Shown here one piece after another: positions 37,346 through 50,200 of a stretch of DNA of 64,000 bases. The position numbers and the translations under genes are program-made. The stretch is taken from assembly GCA_973895155.1 (NCBI GenBank), contig OZ316895.1, positions 21,898,558 to 21,962,557 of the forward strand, given 5' to 3'. Below the pieces are notes generated by a model. That model was not told the DNA's origin and ran no database searches. It saw only the letters and a list, made by a program, of their open reading frames with translations. The first letter of the stretch is position 1. Every line of letters starts with the position of its first letter. Origin of the DNA: Marsupella aquatica. Lineage: Eukaryota > Plantae > Marchantiophyta.

Positions 37346-38698
37346 CTAGCTCAATACCCATGCGTTGCACAAAAGATGTCGTGTCGGCCAAGATTTGGTT
37401 GAGAAAAAAGATGTTGTGTCGGCCAAGATGTCGCTGAGAAAAAAGATGTCGTGTCTGCCAGGAAGTTGTTGAGAAAAGGATGTCGTGTCGGCCAAGATGT
37501 CCTTGAGGAAAAAGATATTGTGTCGGCCAATATGTCGTTAAAAAATATATATCGTGTTGCCCAAGACATCATTGAGAAAAAAAATATTGTGTCGCCCAAG
37601 GTGTTCTTAAGAAAAAATGTCGTGTTGCCCAAGATGTTGTGAAGAAAACCCGTGCGTTGCACAAAAGATGTCGTTAAAAAAACCCGAATTGCCAAAGATG
37701 TCGTGAAGTAAAAAGATTTTGTGTCGCCAAAGATGACGCAAAGTAAAAAGATGGCATTAAAAAAAACCCGTGGAGTAAAAAGATGTTGTTCAGAAAAAAA
37801 GGAGTCGTGTCTCCAAAGATGTCATGGAGTAAAAACATATTGTCAAGTAAAAAGATGTCATTATGTGAAAGATATTATTGCCAAGTAAAAAGATGTCGGG
37901 AGCCAAAGATGTTGTTATGTCAAAGATATCATCAAGTAAAAAGAAATTGTGTTGCCAAAGTTGTTGTGAAGTACAACATATGTCATCAAGTACAAGATGT
38001 AGTCAAGTAAAAAAATGTTGTGACTCCAAAGATGTCGTCAAGTAAAAAAATGTCATCAGTCATAGATGTTGTGAAGTAAAACATGTCATTGCATGACATA
38101 TTGTTAAGGAAAAGATGTGCAAAAAACGCCAATAAATTTCTTGCTCAAAAGATGTCATTAAGTAAAAAATATCATTGCCCAAAATATGTCTAAGTAATAA
38201 AAGATATAATTACCCAAAAATTGTTATCTAGTAAAAGATGTCATGGGGTAAAAAATGAGTGACAACAACCACAAAGTATTATCAGCTAAAATTTATTTTT
38301 GTTTTTGTATTTTTCATTTTTTTATTCCCCCCCCCCCCCCCCTCTCCCCCCCCCCCCCCCCTCTTTTACCGCTTTTGTACTATTTTTTGGTTTTGATATT
38401 TTTTATTACAGTATGTAATATTTGTAATCAATCTTATGACATAGATTATCATGGGGTATAGAACTATACTTAAATGGTACATAAAGTACTAATACATAGA
38501 TGGTCCATAAAGTACTCATTATTGTCATTCCTGGCATTCCCCTCTATTTATTGCTTGGAAAAAGTGTCACTCTTTACTTTACACCAAATATAATATAATT
38601 TTAGTTTATTCCTTCTCTTGGTCAGCTTCTTTAATTTTTGTGCCCTTCAAATTCAAATGACGACCACGCTATAAAAAGGCGCAACTGTTTATTATAGA
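37346..38698 (-). mobile_element. Non-autonomous derivative of the 1741-9564 Helitron family
   Basis: Minus 3' end gtgcaacgcatgggtattgagCTAG|T is nearly identical to 9540-9564; minus 5' end ctataataaacagttgcgccttttt..cgtggtcgtcatttgaatttg matches 1748-1797; long subterminal array. Confidence 0.85.
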
Positions 38699-38811
38699 AG
38701 TTAATAGTCATATCCTCAGCTTGCTATCATGCATGTTAAAATGGTGAATACAAATGCATGGGAAACTTAGCTAGGAACATGAGGAGGAGGGCTAGGTCAT
38801 GTTGATGCTCT

Positions 38812-39140
38812 TGTTAGGAATTTACTTTTAGGCCTAGACCATAGTCATGTGCTTGGCTAAAGTAAGATGTGCCACTACTAAATAGTTACACTAGCAGGAC
38901 TTAGCTAGGGAGAGGAACTTAGGCTTATTGTTATGGAACTAGTTGGGGGATAGGAAATTAGAGCTTAGTTTGTGGAGGCTTGATATGGCCTAGAGACTTA
39001 GTGTTCAATAAAGCTTTTGTGTGTTCCCGTGAACGTAGCCTATCAGAGGTGAAGCACATATCTCCCATGTTGACTCTTGTGTTTGGTGGATGTTGCATAT
39101 GTGCATGTTGACTTTTGAGTGATGATGGTTTTGCTCAACA
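38812..39140 (+). mobile_element. Possible old Copia-type solo LTR remnant
   Basis: tgttag...caaca ends, aataaa and a cccgtgaacgtagcc..ggtgaagcac motif resembling Copia LTRs; TSD not convincing (gctct/actgt). Confidence 0.35.
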
Positions 39141-39217
39141 ACTGTAAATGGCATTGGATCTGGACAATTAAAAGTGTCCATGTGGTGTCACAGTATTTTA
39201 TTGCCCTACCCCTCATT

Positions 39218-39791
39218 TGACTCTAATTACTAGCCTGCGTCCCCTTAACTATATAAATTGTTTAAGTACCCCTAAATTGTATGTGGGTTACATCAGCCAC
39301 ACAGGGCAATCTGCCTTAGTTAATTTGGTCCCTGACAAGACCCCCGGGCCTGACCCGTGGTGGTGAACTTAACAACCCCCTGGCCATGCCATGCAATGCC
39401 GCCATCTTGACTATGCCTAGACCTCCCCCTTTTACTCACCACCTTCTTGCATGACCTGAGCTCCCCATCACAATTTCATGCCACCTGTCCTAATGGTCTC
39501 TTGCCTGAGCCAAGCATTAATACAAGTGGGAACTGATGATGGAGGGAGTTGCAAAGGGTCCAGGAGACAGTAGAGTCTTACTTACTTGCAAAGGGGAACT
39601 GAAATTGTGATGGGGAGAGGCAAGATTGGTGGCAATTAGTCATGAAGGGGGTAGGATCCATGTTGTGGTGACCATAGGGGCATGGCAGGGCCTATCCGAT
39701 TTTTCCGGATGGTTTATACATTTACCCATATATGAGTTGGGGGCAGGTCACTAATAATAGAATAGTTTGGACAAGTTAATAATTAAAGTCA
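39218..39791. mobile_element. Fold-back/MITE-like element
   Basis: Termini tgactctaattactagcc / aagttaataattaaagtca are inverted; perfect internal 18-bp inverted repeat 39461-39478 / 39600-39617. Confidence 0.55.
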
Positions 39792-42700
39792 GTGTGGAGA
39801 GTAGGTCTCTATAACTTGGTTTTGTGTGATAATCCCCATTTCAAGCAAAAGAGATGGTTGTTCATTGCTGCTGCAATCCTGTCCAACCATGTTAGCCAGG
39901 ACCTGGTTCTCCATGGTACAACCTAAAGTCTGCCATGGGTTTTTACAAGGGAGAGAAGGAAAAGGGCGAGACTGACCCTTTCCTGCCTGCATGCTCCAAA
40001 AGCACATTGTAGTTTACACAAACCCAGTGCTATACTCTAAGTTTTCTGCTGCAACTCATTCTATGGCATGATGCATAGCTGTGGATGAATTATCTGCTCT
40101 AATCCCGGCTCTAATCCTCCAGCGGTTGCAGCTAGGCCTTTCAATATTCAGAGAAGAAAAAGAAATTTATAGATACATTAGGTCTCAGTAACATGATGGC
40201 TTGGAGTCCACCCTCCCTCCAGTCTCTTGGGTAGAAACCAGGAGGTCAGGGTCTCATATGTTTCCAGCAAACTTTCCATTTCTGAGCCTGAAAAGTAATC
40301 AAGTAGCCCTTATGAGGGGGAGATTTCGTGGGGGAAAGCAGGATTTCTGCTAACAGATTTATATGTAATTCCACCTATCTTACATCTTGTCTACTAGAGG
40401 AACAAGTCCCAAGGACAATAATACAGATTAGAAGGGGGCAAAAGTATGTTCCTGTTCACTTTTGCAAACTCATGTGCCCAGCATCTAGTTTTAGAGTAGC
40501 TGGCAATTGAGGAAACTAAACTACATTGTTGGGCATCCCTAGGTAGATATCTGGCTCAGAGAAAAATGGCCTTCTGATGTGCTCGTGTAAGGCACACTCT
40601 CACATCGATAAGCTCAACAATCATTGTTTCTTTCGAAGTAGGGAAGTAGAGCAGATCCCTCAGAATTTTTAACACCCAACCAACATTATCTTATAGTGAG
40701 ACGCAGTCAAGGAGAAGAGATACAACAAAAAACAAGGATGGCAAAGTCCACCCTCTTAAGGTTGTCTATTCTCCTGTCCTTTACCTTTTTGGCCATGGAT
40801 GGTCCCATTAATCTCAATCTGATGAAAGCATTCCTATTCCAATGGGAAATATTCATTTGTCATTTTAAATTTATGGCATTTGTTCATCATCAGACCACAT
40901 TTTTGGTTTAGTCATACAACACACAGTTTCATTAGAATGGTTCTTTGGTTTAGTACAGTTGTTAGTTTTCTGGACAAATTAATGTACATCATGACTCCCC
41001 CCCCCCCACAAAGCGCACCAAACACCAAACCTAAAACAGGACCCCATGGCAAAGCAGCCCAATGAAGGGACGGACAGAGGGGAAAATGCCCAAAGAAGAC
41101 CAAAAGAAACTAGCAAGCTACATTTGAGACCCAATGATAGCTAGGGGGTGGGCTGGGTGGCTTGTCTGAGAAGCACAAAATATTGGGGGAGGGTCTATGA
41201 GGCAATGGTCTACTAGTGCGAGTGCGTGTTGGCAGGGGAGACTGTGGACTGCTGCTGCAGTTTTGACATTTTGGAGGGACCAATTGCACCTTGCCATATG
41301 GCACCAAACCAATCGCGGGGGGCCTCTGGTCAACTACAAAACTGTACTGAACCCCATATGCAAAGTGTTCTAGTCAACCCCATATGCAAGTGGGGGGTCA
41401 AGATGGCAATTAAAATAGTTTTTGGCAGACAAGTTACACATTTCTAGCAGTTCTGGGGACCGGATAGTAGAAATTGGTTTCTCTTTATGCGCACAATCAC
41501 ACCCTAAAGCATTGCCAAAACAGTGGGCTTGCGTCAGTCCAAAATAATTCGCTTAGTTTATATGCACTAGCCTTGAGAGTGTGTTGGGCTTGTGGCGAGC
41601 TTGTGGTGAGCGTGTGGAAGCAGTGTGCCCTCCTTGAAGATTCATAGTGCAGTAGTGCACACCAAAAGACAAACAGTTGAGACTCATCTCATCTCCTCTC
41701 TTCCCAAGAGAACCTACAGTACTAGGGGTTGCTTCATGTGTTTGTATTGTCGGGTGTATTGTTCCCATTGGTTGGGCTCCATCTTAAACTTTTGCTGAGA
41801 TTTTGGTAAAAGATAAGAGTGTAGGGTTCTACAGTGGTTCATAGTTTCAAAGTAAATAAAACGTTTCCAAGTTCAAAATAGGACTAGGTTCACTAAGGTG
41901 CCCTCCAGACTCATTTAATTACTATGGTACCCCCTTGATGGAATCGGATGCCCGGGGTCCTCATTTCTTCTATTCCGACCCATCGCATGCAAAGAAGTTA
42001 GGGTTTTTTGATTCAATTGCAGGGAAGACTTAAAAAAATTTGTTGAAGAAATATAGGGGTGTTTTAATCCAATTTTGAGAATTAAGAACTATAGGGGTTT
42101 TGTAATACCAAATGTGGAATATTCTATAAAGTTAGGGGTTAAAAAACACTGAAAATAAAAATAAAAATAAAATAAAATAAAATAAAAAAACACTGAAAAT
42201 CTACTTTATTTACTTAAGTTTTAGAGTGTTTATCACTTGAAAACTTCATGTGTCATATGGGACCTCCCTTGGAGTGAGGCCCCCAAGATCGGATGGCCAT
42301 GAAGTAACTCAAGTGGTTGGAATGTGCAGCTAAGAGTAATCCGTGGAGACAACTTACTGGTTAGAATAGTTGGGGGGGGGGGGGTAACTTGATAATTTTT
42401 GGGCAGTTTGGGGTTAACTTAGTCAGAACAGAGTGGGGTTATTAATGAAGTTGCCCTCTAAACTCATTTGGTTACAAAGTTGCCCTGCTACCCATTTTCT
42501 TTATGAGTTGTCACCATAGTTTAAGTAACATAAATGAATGGACTTAACTTTTCACTCTTCAATTGTGCTAAATATCATGGATTCCCATGACAGAAAATCA
42601 GGCGATCCCATCGGGAATTGTTTTTTTGCCATATATACTAGTTCTAGTGATGGTATTTTGTGAGTAGGATATCTCTACCTTAGCGCATTAGAACAATGCT

Positions 42701-43094
42701 TGAATCATCTTCCAAACTACGGAGTCTAGCTGGATTCTGAGGTTATATGCGAGAATTAATATGAGGGCTGCAAAGAACATGAGAGCTTTACTTATGAGCC
42801 TGGTAAGGCATATGAAAGAGTTATGAGCAAGTTCATTTTAAGATTTTACTTTTGGCCAGGGTGGCAATTGTCACCTTGAAGGGAAGATGCTAGGAATACT
42901 CATTAAGTGATTTTCCTATATTAATATCTGACCATCAGATCTCCCTAAATTTAAGGATAACCATCAGATTCTGGCTAGGTTGGAAGGAACTTACGTCTCA
43001 TGAATGACAAAATACCTATCTAGTTTTCTCCAAAACAGTTTCAGATGGGTGGAATCTACCAAATGTTTACCACTAAAATAAAGCTGGTTTGAGC

Positions 43095-43126
43095 CCCGCC
43101 AGGCACAGGGCGGGTAATGGCTCTAG
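43095..43126 (+). mobile_element. Helitron 3' terminus of a different family (5' end not located)
   Basis: GC hairpin cccgcc-N8-ggcggg followed 8 nt later by CTAG (43123-43126)|T. Confidence 0.55.
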
Positions 43127-43924
43127 TGTTAGATCTAGATTACTCTAGAATACTTTTGTGAAATTGTTATAGCCATTCCCATAAAATATTTAGAGGAACT
43201 ATCTTTCTTGCCATAGTTTTGGTGATGATGCAACTGAATCTTTGATACACACAGGAATGGTTAACACTCCCTAAGTAAGTGCACACTTTCGAGATGAAGC
43301 ATCCGGTGTGCACCAAATGGGGTTTGCACTATGCAATGAGCCCATAGAATTGTGCATTTACCAATAAGAATTTACCCTTGGTCCAAGAGTAGTGTTGCAG
43401 TCTTAGTGGCGTGTGTGTGGCTCTTTGGACGTGTTGGTCTCCCGTGCCACTGGTTTTTGCAGCGGTTTCTTTGAATGTCATTGAGCGCACTGCCACCTCC
43501 TTTAAAAAAAAAAGAGTAGTGTTGCAACTCGCAACCCAAGTTGTACATCCCTGCCCTGAATTTGGTGTACTATTAGATAAGTGCATGTTTTACTCTACTA
43601 ATACATCCACTTACCAGGAAATGCAGTTTGATGGGATTGTGCTTGAACTGACAAGTGCACATGTACGCTTATCAGGGATTTGCACTTATAAATTTGTCAT
43701 GTAGCAAAACAAATTCAGGCCTGCTCGCATTCGAAAAAAGCAAAGAAAGTGCAAAAGTCCCTGTAAAAAAAGGAAGAACATGACTTCTTGCACTTATCCA
43801 GGTTTGTACCAAAAGGTTTTGCACTTAGAGACGGCCTACTGTACAGACTCTTAGATTCTGTCCGTAAATGGAAAGCAAACTCTTGCATCGTACCGTGAAC
43901 GAAGGGTTCACGTGGGCCCTTCCC

Positions 43925-44292
43925 ATTGGCCCGCCCTTTCTTTCCCTTCCGCCCTGGCCCGCCCGCCTGCCCGCTTGTCCTGCCCGTCCTCCTTTACCAG
44001 CCCTTTACCCTGCCCTGCCCTGCCCCCTCTGCCCGTTTGTCCTGCCCGATATCCTGCCCGTCCCCCTATACTGCCCGTACTAGTTTTTCCCTGCCCGTTT
44101 CCTGCCCGGAACTGCCCTGCCCTGCCCTGCCCTCTACCCGCTTGTCCTGCCCCATCTCCTGCCCGTCCGCCTATATACTGCCCGTACTATCCTCTGCCCT
44201 GCCCGCTTCCTGCCCATATGCCTGCCCGAAGTAGCCCTGGCCTGCCCTGCCCATCCCTAGCCTGCCCTGCCCATCCCTAGCCTGCCCTGCCG
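43925..44292. repeat. C-rich (CCCTG/CCTGCCC)-based degenerate repeat upstream of the carrier gene
   Basis: Dozens of cctgccc units with a higher-order duplication (ttgtcctgccc..cctatactgcccgtacta). Confidence 0.85.
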
Positions 44293-45189
44293 TTGAAGGC
44301 CTCGGTATTCATACAGTCCCTTCGCAATCGCAGGAAAGAACGGAACAAGCAGCCCTTCAGCGAAGGACCGACTTCGGTCCTTCACTCCTTCCGTCCTCCT
44401 CCCCAGTGTTCAGCTTTCGCTCGCTCAACAAACCAATTTCAACAATCAGCAATCAACGCTCACCTTCTCAGCCGGTGTTGCTACTGCATGCACGAACGAA
44501 ATAGTTCGTTGATCGCACATAGAAACTCTTTCTTCTTCCGCCACCAGCGGCGATGCATCGATCCATTGATCGCTCTCTCTAGTACTCTAGTAGTAAGAAT
44601 CCATCGCGGATTCGAGCAATTCAGTCTCGTACTACTGGACCCTCGGTGGGAATTCTAATTCCGCTTGGCACAAGCTGTTGCCCATCTATGTATCTAGTAT
44701 CCTTGGATTGTTGATTTCTTCTCTGCTTCCAAGAGACCCCTAGTGTCGATTCAGCTGTTCCTCAGATTGATTGATTGTCAGATTTGGGTGATTGGCCCGT
44801 ATTTGATTGACGGATTGACTGTCAATATGTAAAGTAAGCTCTCCCCGTTTCAGCCATCTATCCAGACTAGTTGAGAAATTGGTTGAGAAATTAGTTCGTT
44901 GATTGATTGATTGGTCAATGCGTAAGTAATTGGAGGCGAATTGGTGAGTGATTAGTACTGAATTCCGGTGGTTGGATGGGAACCATGGGAGGTTGAACCA
45001 GGCGCAATTGGTTGCAAAAGGGGCGTCGGAAAGGAGTGAATTTCCAGCAGAGAGCAGAGGAATAATAGGTGAGGATCGGTGAGGAGAGGAAGGAATCCAG
45101 GAAACCCCTTCTTCTCCTCTCTGGTCGACCTCACTCTCTTCCACTCCACTTGTAACCTTGCGACCGCTCTTTCCGACCTAGAAGAAACA

Positions 45190-47286
45190 ATGACTGAGGC
45201 CGCGTCAGAGCTGAGGGAGAGTTTACTGCGAGCTCACAACTCCAAGAAGGTGTCCACGAGCTATGGGGTGGGGGAAGGGAAGACGCTGGTGAAGGAGGGA
45301 TACCAACAAGTGTTGACCACAGCAGAAAGCTCAGCTGGATTTGACGGGCTGAGTTTTGGGCAGTACATGCTGGCTGGATCAGTGGCAGGAATGGTAGAGC
45401 ACATGGCGATGTTCCCTGTGGACACCCTGAAGACGCGTATGCAGATGCTGGCGAGTGCCGGGGGATCCATCCACACCACGATTTCGAGAGCTCTCTTCAC
45501 AATCCTGAAAACGGAGGGTCCTCTGGGTCTGTACAGGGGAATTGGGGCCATGGGATTGGGAGCTGGGCCGGCTCATGCTGTGTACTTTTCCGTGTACGAG
45601 CTCGCTAAGGAGAAGCTGGGAGGCAACGCTGAAGGGCACCATCCGTTGGCTCACGGTGCGGCTGGTGGCCTGGCGACAATTGCAAGCGATGCAGTGTTCA
45701 CTCCCATGGATGTTGTCAAGCAGAGGTTGCAAGTCAGGCGGAGCCCCTATAATGGGCTGACCGATTGTGTGAGGACCATGTTGAGAGAAGAGGGCTTGAA
45801 GGCATTCTATGTGTCCTACCGTACCACTGTGATCATGAATGTCCCTTTCACTGCCATCCATTTCGCTTCTTACGAGGCTGCGAAAAAAATTTTGATGGAG
45901 TTCTCTCCAGACAAGGCTAGTGAGGTACTGCAGCCTTTCTCGTTCTCTTTCTCCTTTTCTCCTCTGCTCTTACTAGATTCTTATTTTTCCCTGCTCCCAG
46001 AGAGTGTTTTGGTAAAGTTTTCATTCTTTGCAAAACGTTGTAAATATTGGGTCTTCCGGGATCTTTCCAGTGCAACTATGGAAACTCTTGTCATGAAGTC
46101 ATGAATTCTTGTCAGTGAATGGTGTCTTTCATTACTAGTAGCCCATCTGATAACGCTCGATGGATTACCCACAACTAATGCACTCTCGGTTCGCTAGTAT
46201 GAATTGTCTAGCCTAAACTTCTCCCGCGTGAGATGCGGCCGCCTTGTGGACTCTCGACCGAGTCGTCCTTCTATTGTTTCCCTATGCAAGGCTAGAATTT
46301 CCTTCGCGTTGGGGAACGAAGGCCTCATTTCGTGTCCATAGATGCCAAAGTTGATACTCTCTATTCCTGCTCTCCTCAGTTGCGTACTGAAATCATTATG
46401 CTTAGTATTGAGTTGACAATCGGACTGTCTGCATTGGTACACTGAAGCTCAGGATTCGAGGAATGTTGATTTTTCTAGATGGGGAACTCTTCAATCTCGT
46501 CTAAGCCTGGACTGTGGTATCGTGATATTCTTAGCATTCATTTGCTGATGATTGCCACTGGTGTATTCAGGAAAATCTCTTGACCCATATCACGGCTGGT
46601 GGCGCAGCTGGGGCACTTGCCAGTGCGGTTACTACCCCCTTAGATGTTATAAAGACACGTTTGCAACTACAGGTATGTTTTGGTGGTTTAGGTAGAAATC
46701 CAGGTTGCCACTATTCCTGATCTACAAGCGATGGTTGATGAAAATGTATTAGGTCGTCTCGTCAGATCTGATAAATAATTCTGTATTCAACCCAAAACCT
46801 AGGTCTGTGCTGTAGGATCATTCGAGCTTGTCATCCATACTAATTGTGCGGCCAACTTGTGACGTTCACATAGGGTCTCAAGCTAACAACACCACCCGTT
46901 TCCTTTGGCTCTACTGCGAAAGCTTCATTTTGTGCTAGAAGGATTGCTTACAACCTATTAAATTATCTGAGCACACAAAAGATTTAGATGGATTGGCCTG
47001 TCATTCGCCCATTGAATTACATGGATGCTTTTGATGGAGAGGTGGCCCTCTAACAGGTTAATGCTCTTGTTCATACTTGCAGGGACTTGGTGGGTCTGAA
47101 CGCTTTCAGAATGGATCAGTGCTGTGTGCTGCTAAAAAGATTGTGAAGCAGGAGGGACCTGGAGCATTGCTGAAGGGCATCCGTCCAAGAGTTTTGTTTC
47201 ATACTCCAGCGGCTGCCATTTGTTGGTCAACGTATGAAGCTGGAAAGTCATTCCTTATGCGCTGGAATGGTAGCCAAAATTTATGA
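45190..47286 (+). CDS. MIT: Mitoferrin-like mitochondrial carrier (iron transporter); exons 45190-45924, 46571-46672, 47083-47286; ~346 aa
   Basis: Three carrier signatures PVDTLKTRMQ, PMDVVKQRLQ, PLDVIKTRLQ; mitoferrin motifs AGSVAGMVEHMAMFP, GAGPAHAVYF, MNVPFTAIHF, PAAAICWSTYE; two phase-0 GT-AG introns give a continuous frame. Confidence 0.95.
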
Positions 47287-50200
47287 TCAGGGAAGAGCAA
47301 AATCAACTGAGGGAGGAGTTGTATATTTGGAAGATTCGTTATTATTGTCTTAGTTCTATTGGAGGAGTGGATGATCGATCTGAAAGCCCGGGGTCATGCA
47401 TGCCGAAACTTTTCTCATCTGGGGCGTCTTAGACCTAATCGGCAAGGTTTGAAGTCATTTACCGCCAGTAAACAATGAAAGCTTCCAGTTGTCATATCTC
47501 AGCAATCCCTCAATGACAATGATGAAAAGAAATCATGCCAGACTTTCAAATAGAGGTTTGTGTGTCTGATAGGAACCAATGTATTGTGTGCAAATGTGAC
47601 ACCTCAACAGGCACTCAAAATTGTACCATAGTCATCAATGTACGAGTAGGTGATGTTGTCAGTGCTAATGTCAGGACCATGCAGCTGAATGAAGCTCATG
47701 GCGGGCATTCAGCAAGTGATGTTTTTCCCTATAGTATTAGAGCACTTTAACAGCTTGTTACAAGTGTAGAGCCAAGTCTCGGGCATCAAAGTTTTTCTAG
47801 GCCCAAGAGCGTTTGAGAACCAGGTGATTTGCTTAATTTCAGATCAAGTCATCTAAGGATGCAGTGTCTCCAGTCCGTGTAGAGTTTCTTGAGAATTGCT
47901 CAAGTGTTTAGATGCTCAAAAAGTATAATTGTGGTTCCCTTGAACAAGGCAAGGAGTGAGTTTCTAGACACGTTGACTCAATTTCATGCGTGCCTGTTTA
48001 GCCTGGATGGATCTTCTCTTTGATATCATCATCTGGTCCTCGTAGTATTTGATCGGGTTTGGCTTCCGCATATATGTGATCTTTGTTCCTTGGGGATTTG
48101 TTTGTCGGGGTGCCTGAGGATCTCACCCCTGAAATTCACCTTGGTTGATGATTGAATTCCGCTCACGCCAGGAAGATTCTCTGATTGTAAGGAATGCTGC
48201 AGGTGGGGAACGTAGTCCATTTGATTTGATAAGAATGTGTTCATTGTCGGCAAAATTGATCTCCACATCGTGTGTCTTAACAGTAACCTATTACGATGTG
48301 GTACCATTCGCATAGACACTCTCATGAGTTGAATTCGTTTCCTCGAAATGGCCCTTTGGCGAAGGTATTGCAAGGAAGAAGATTTTAATCCAATTAATCC
48401 TCAAACGCGAAAGTGGCAATTTAAGAGGAAGAGCACATATATTGCTTTGCCCCACTGGTAGAACATCTACCACAATCTTCGGCCGGGACACATTGAATTT
48501 TGAGGAGGTAATCAATTTTACACAAGTTCAGTTCCTCGGTTCCCATACAACGAAAACTCCAAGATCTCGCTCAGCCACTGAAGCAATAATGTTATTCCGG
48601 AAGAGGTGGCTGTTAACATTTAACCTATTGGATAAAATAATGTACCACAAGTTCTCTTGACATCATGCAAGAGCTCACGTTCTGTCTCCATTATGTTATT
48701 TGTTGCAACACTTCATTGAAAGGAACTTCCACCTCTCCTTCTCTGTCCTCCAACTCTATGGCGCAGCAGGATTTACCTCCACGGTTACCTTGTTTTCTGG
48801 GATTGGATCATAAGAAATTGGTCTCCCTCTAGGACGACAGACGGCATTTCATGAAATCAAAGAGAAGCTTTGCTGGACCCGGATGACGATAGTGGACCCA
48901 GCTGACGATGGGAGATCGCTATGACGACCAGTATTCTCTTTGCCACCAGGTGTTACGAATCTTCACACAGATCTTTGGACACACGTTATTACTTGGATAT
49001 GCACGTTTCTCTCGGAAAGTGTTCTGCCTTTTTGTCACTTACTGGGCCCTTTTTGGCAAGACAGGAACCTCAGCACAGGTGAGGAGATTTGGCCGTCATT
49101 GCTTACGTTTATCTTGCTTCCCATTGCTGACTTACGAATCATTGAAGTATTTTTAAGAACTACAGTGTGCTTGACATGGAAATTGGTAGTCTTCGTGATC
49201 TGATAAATTGGTTGTATTGGTTAGCTGTTTATGGGCTGTTGTTGGGCAGAGAGGATGCAAGATGTTCAACCTAAGGCATCCGCATTGGGAGCCGATCATT
49301 TCTGGATCTGGACACCAAGAAGTTATTCCAGAAAGCTTGATTTGAAAGCTTGATGCAAGAAGCTCACAATTTCCGTCCTTTGCCCAATCATATAATTGGC
49401 AGTGATGGTCCAATACGAGACATAGTTGGCAAGCCCAGTATTTTTACCAAGTTAACTGGAATGGATGGATGGGCAAGTGAACTCGTTTAAGTTGCTCGCC
49501 TTTATACATTACAGCATCACACAACAGAAAAGAGTTGATCTGCTTGTTTTTGGTCGGAGTGGCTGTGGATTTGAAGTATATATTATACCCAGGACCACAC
49601 TGATCAATGCGTTGCCATTGTCGGCAGTTCAAGTTAAGTGTTTAGTTAAACAAGGGCAAACTGCTCGTCAATGTCTACGGGTTCCTTTGTGAAAGGTGAG
49701 TCTTGCGGCTGGTGCTTAGTTCATAAAGGATGGCCTCAATTTCAGAAATGGACTGACATGATTCCAAGCCTTCTCAAATCAGACTCTTGAATTCAACTTC
49801 GAGGTCTTTTTGCTTTTAATTTTCAGATGGTTTGCTGGTTTTGGCTGGATGTGGCTGTGGACTTGAATTGTGTATACATGAGGACACCACTGATGATTGC
49901 TCTGCCATTGTTGGCGGTTTTCAGATGACGATGGGTTCCCGCGAACCGAAGCTATATATCTGCCGCTATAAAACAAGTTGGTGATCGTTAATGACTATGA
50001 CGCATCTCGGTTCTGAAAGTGCTAAAATTGAAAGCGAAGATGCTTATCACTATTGATACTGCTTGTAATGACTCTTTTAGAGTGAGTGTCATAATGCTGG
50101 TTTGCATCACACGTAATTTCTTTGAATAGACTTTTTAAATCCGCTTTTGTAGAACTTCCAGATTAATTTCAATCAGACCTTCCACACACTAGTCGTTCAT

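Noticed and set aside
43270-43846. aagtgca/tgcactt repeats with one CAGT-type end (possible pogo/mariner MITE)
   Set aside because: Matching second TIR and TSD not found.
43868-44280. Cys/Pro-rich ORFs
   Set aside because: Translations of the CCCTG repeat in all frames.
45925-46104. C-terminal part of the 341-aa ORF 45079-46104
   Set aside because: Read-through into intron 1 of the mitoferrin gene; the third carrier repeat is in downstream exons.
48560-49760. Possible F-box pseudogene (IPEEVAVNI..SCKS fragment)
   Set aside because: Only a faint motif with several stops; cannot be supported without a profile search.
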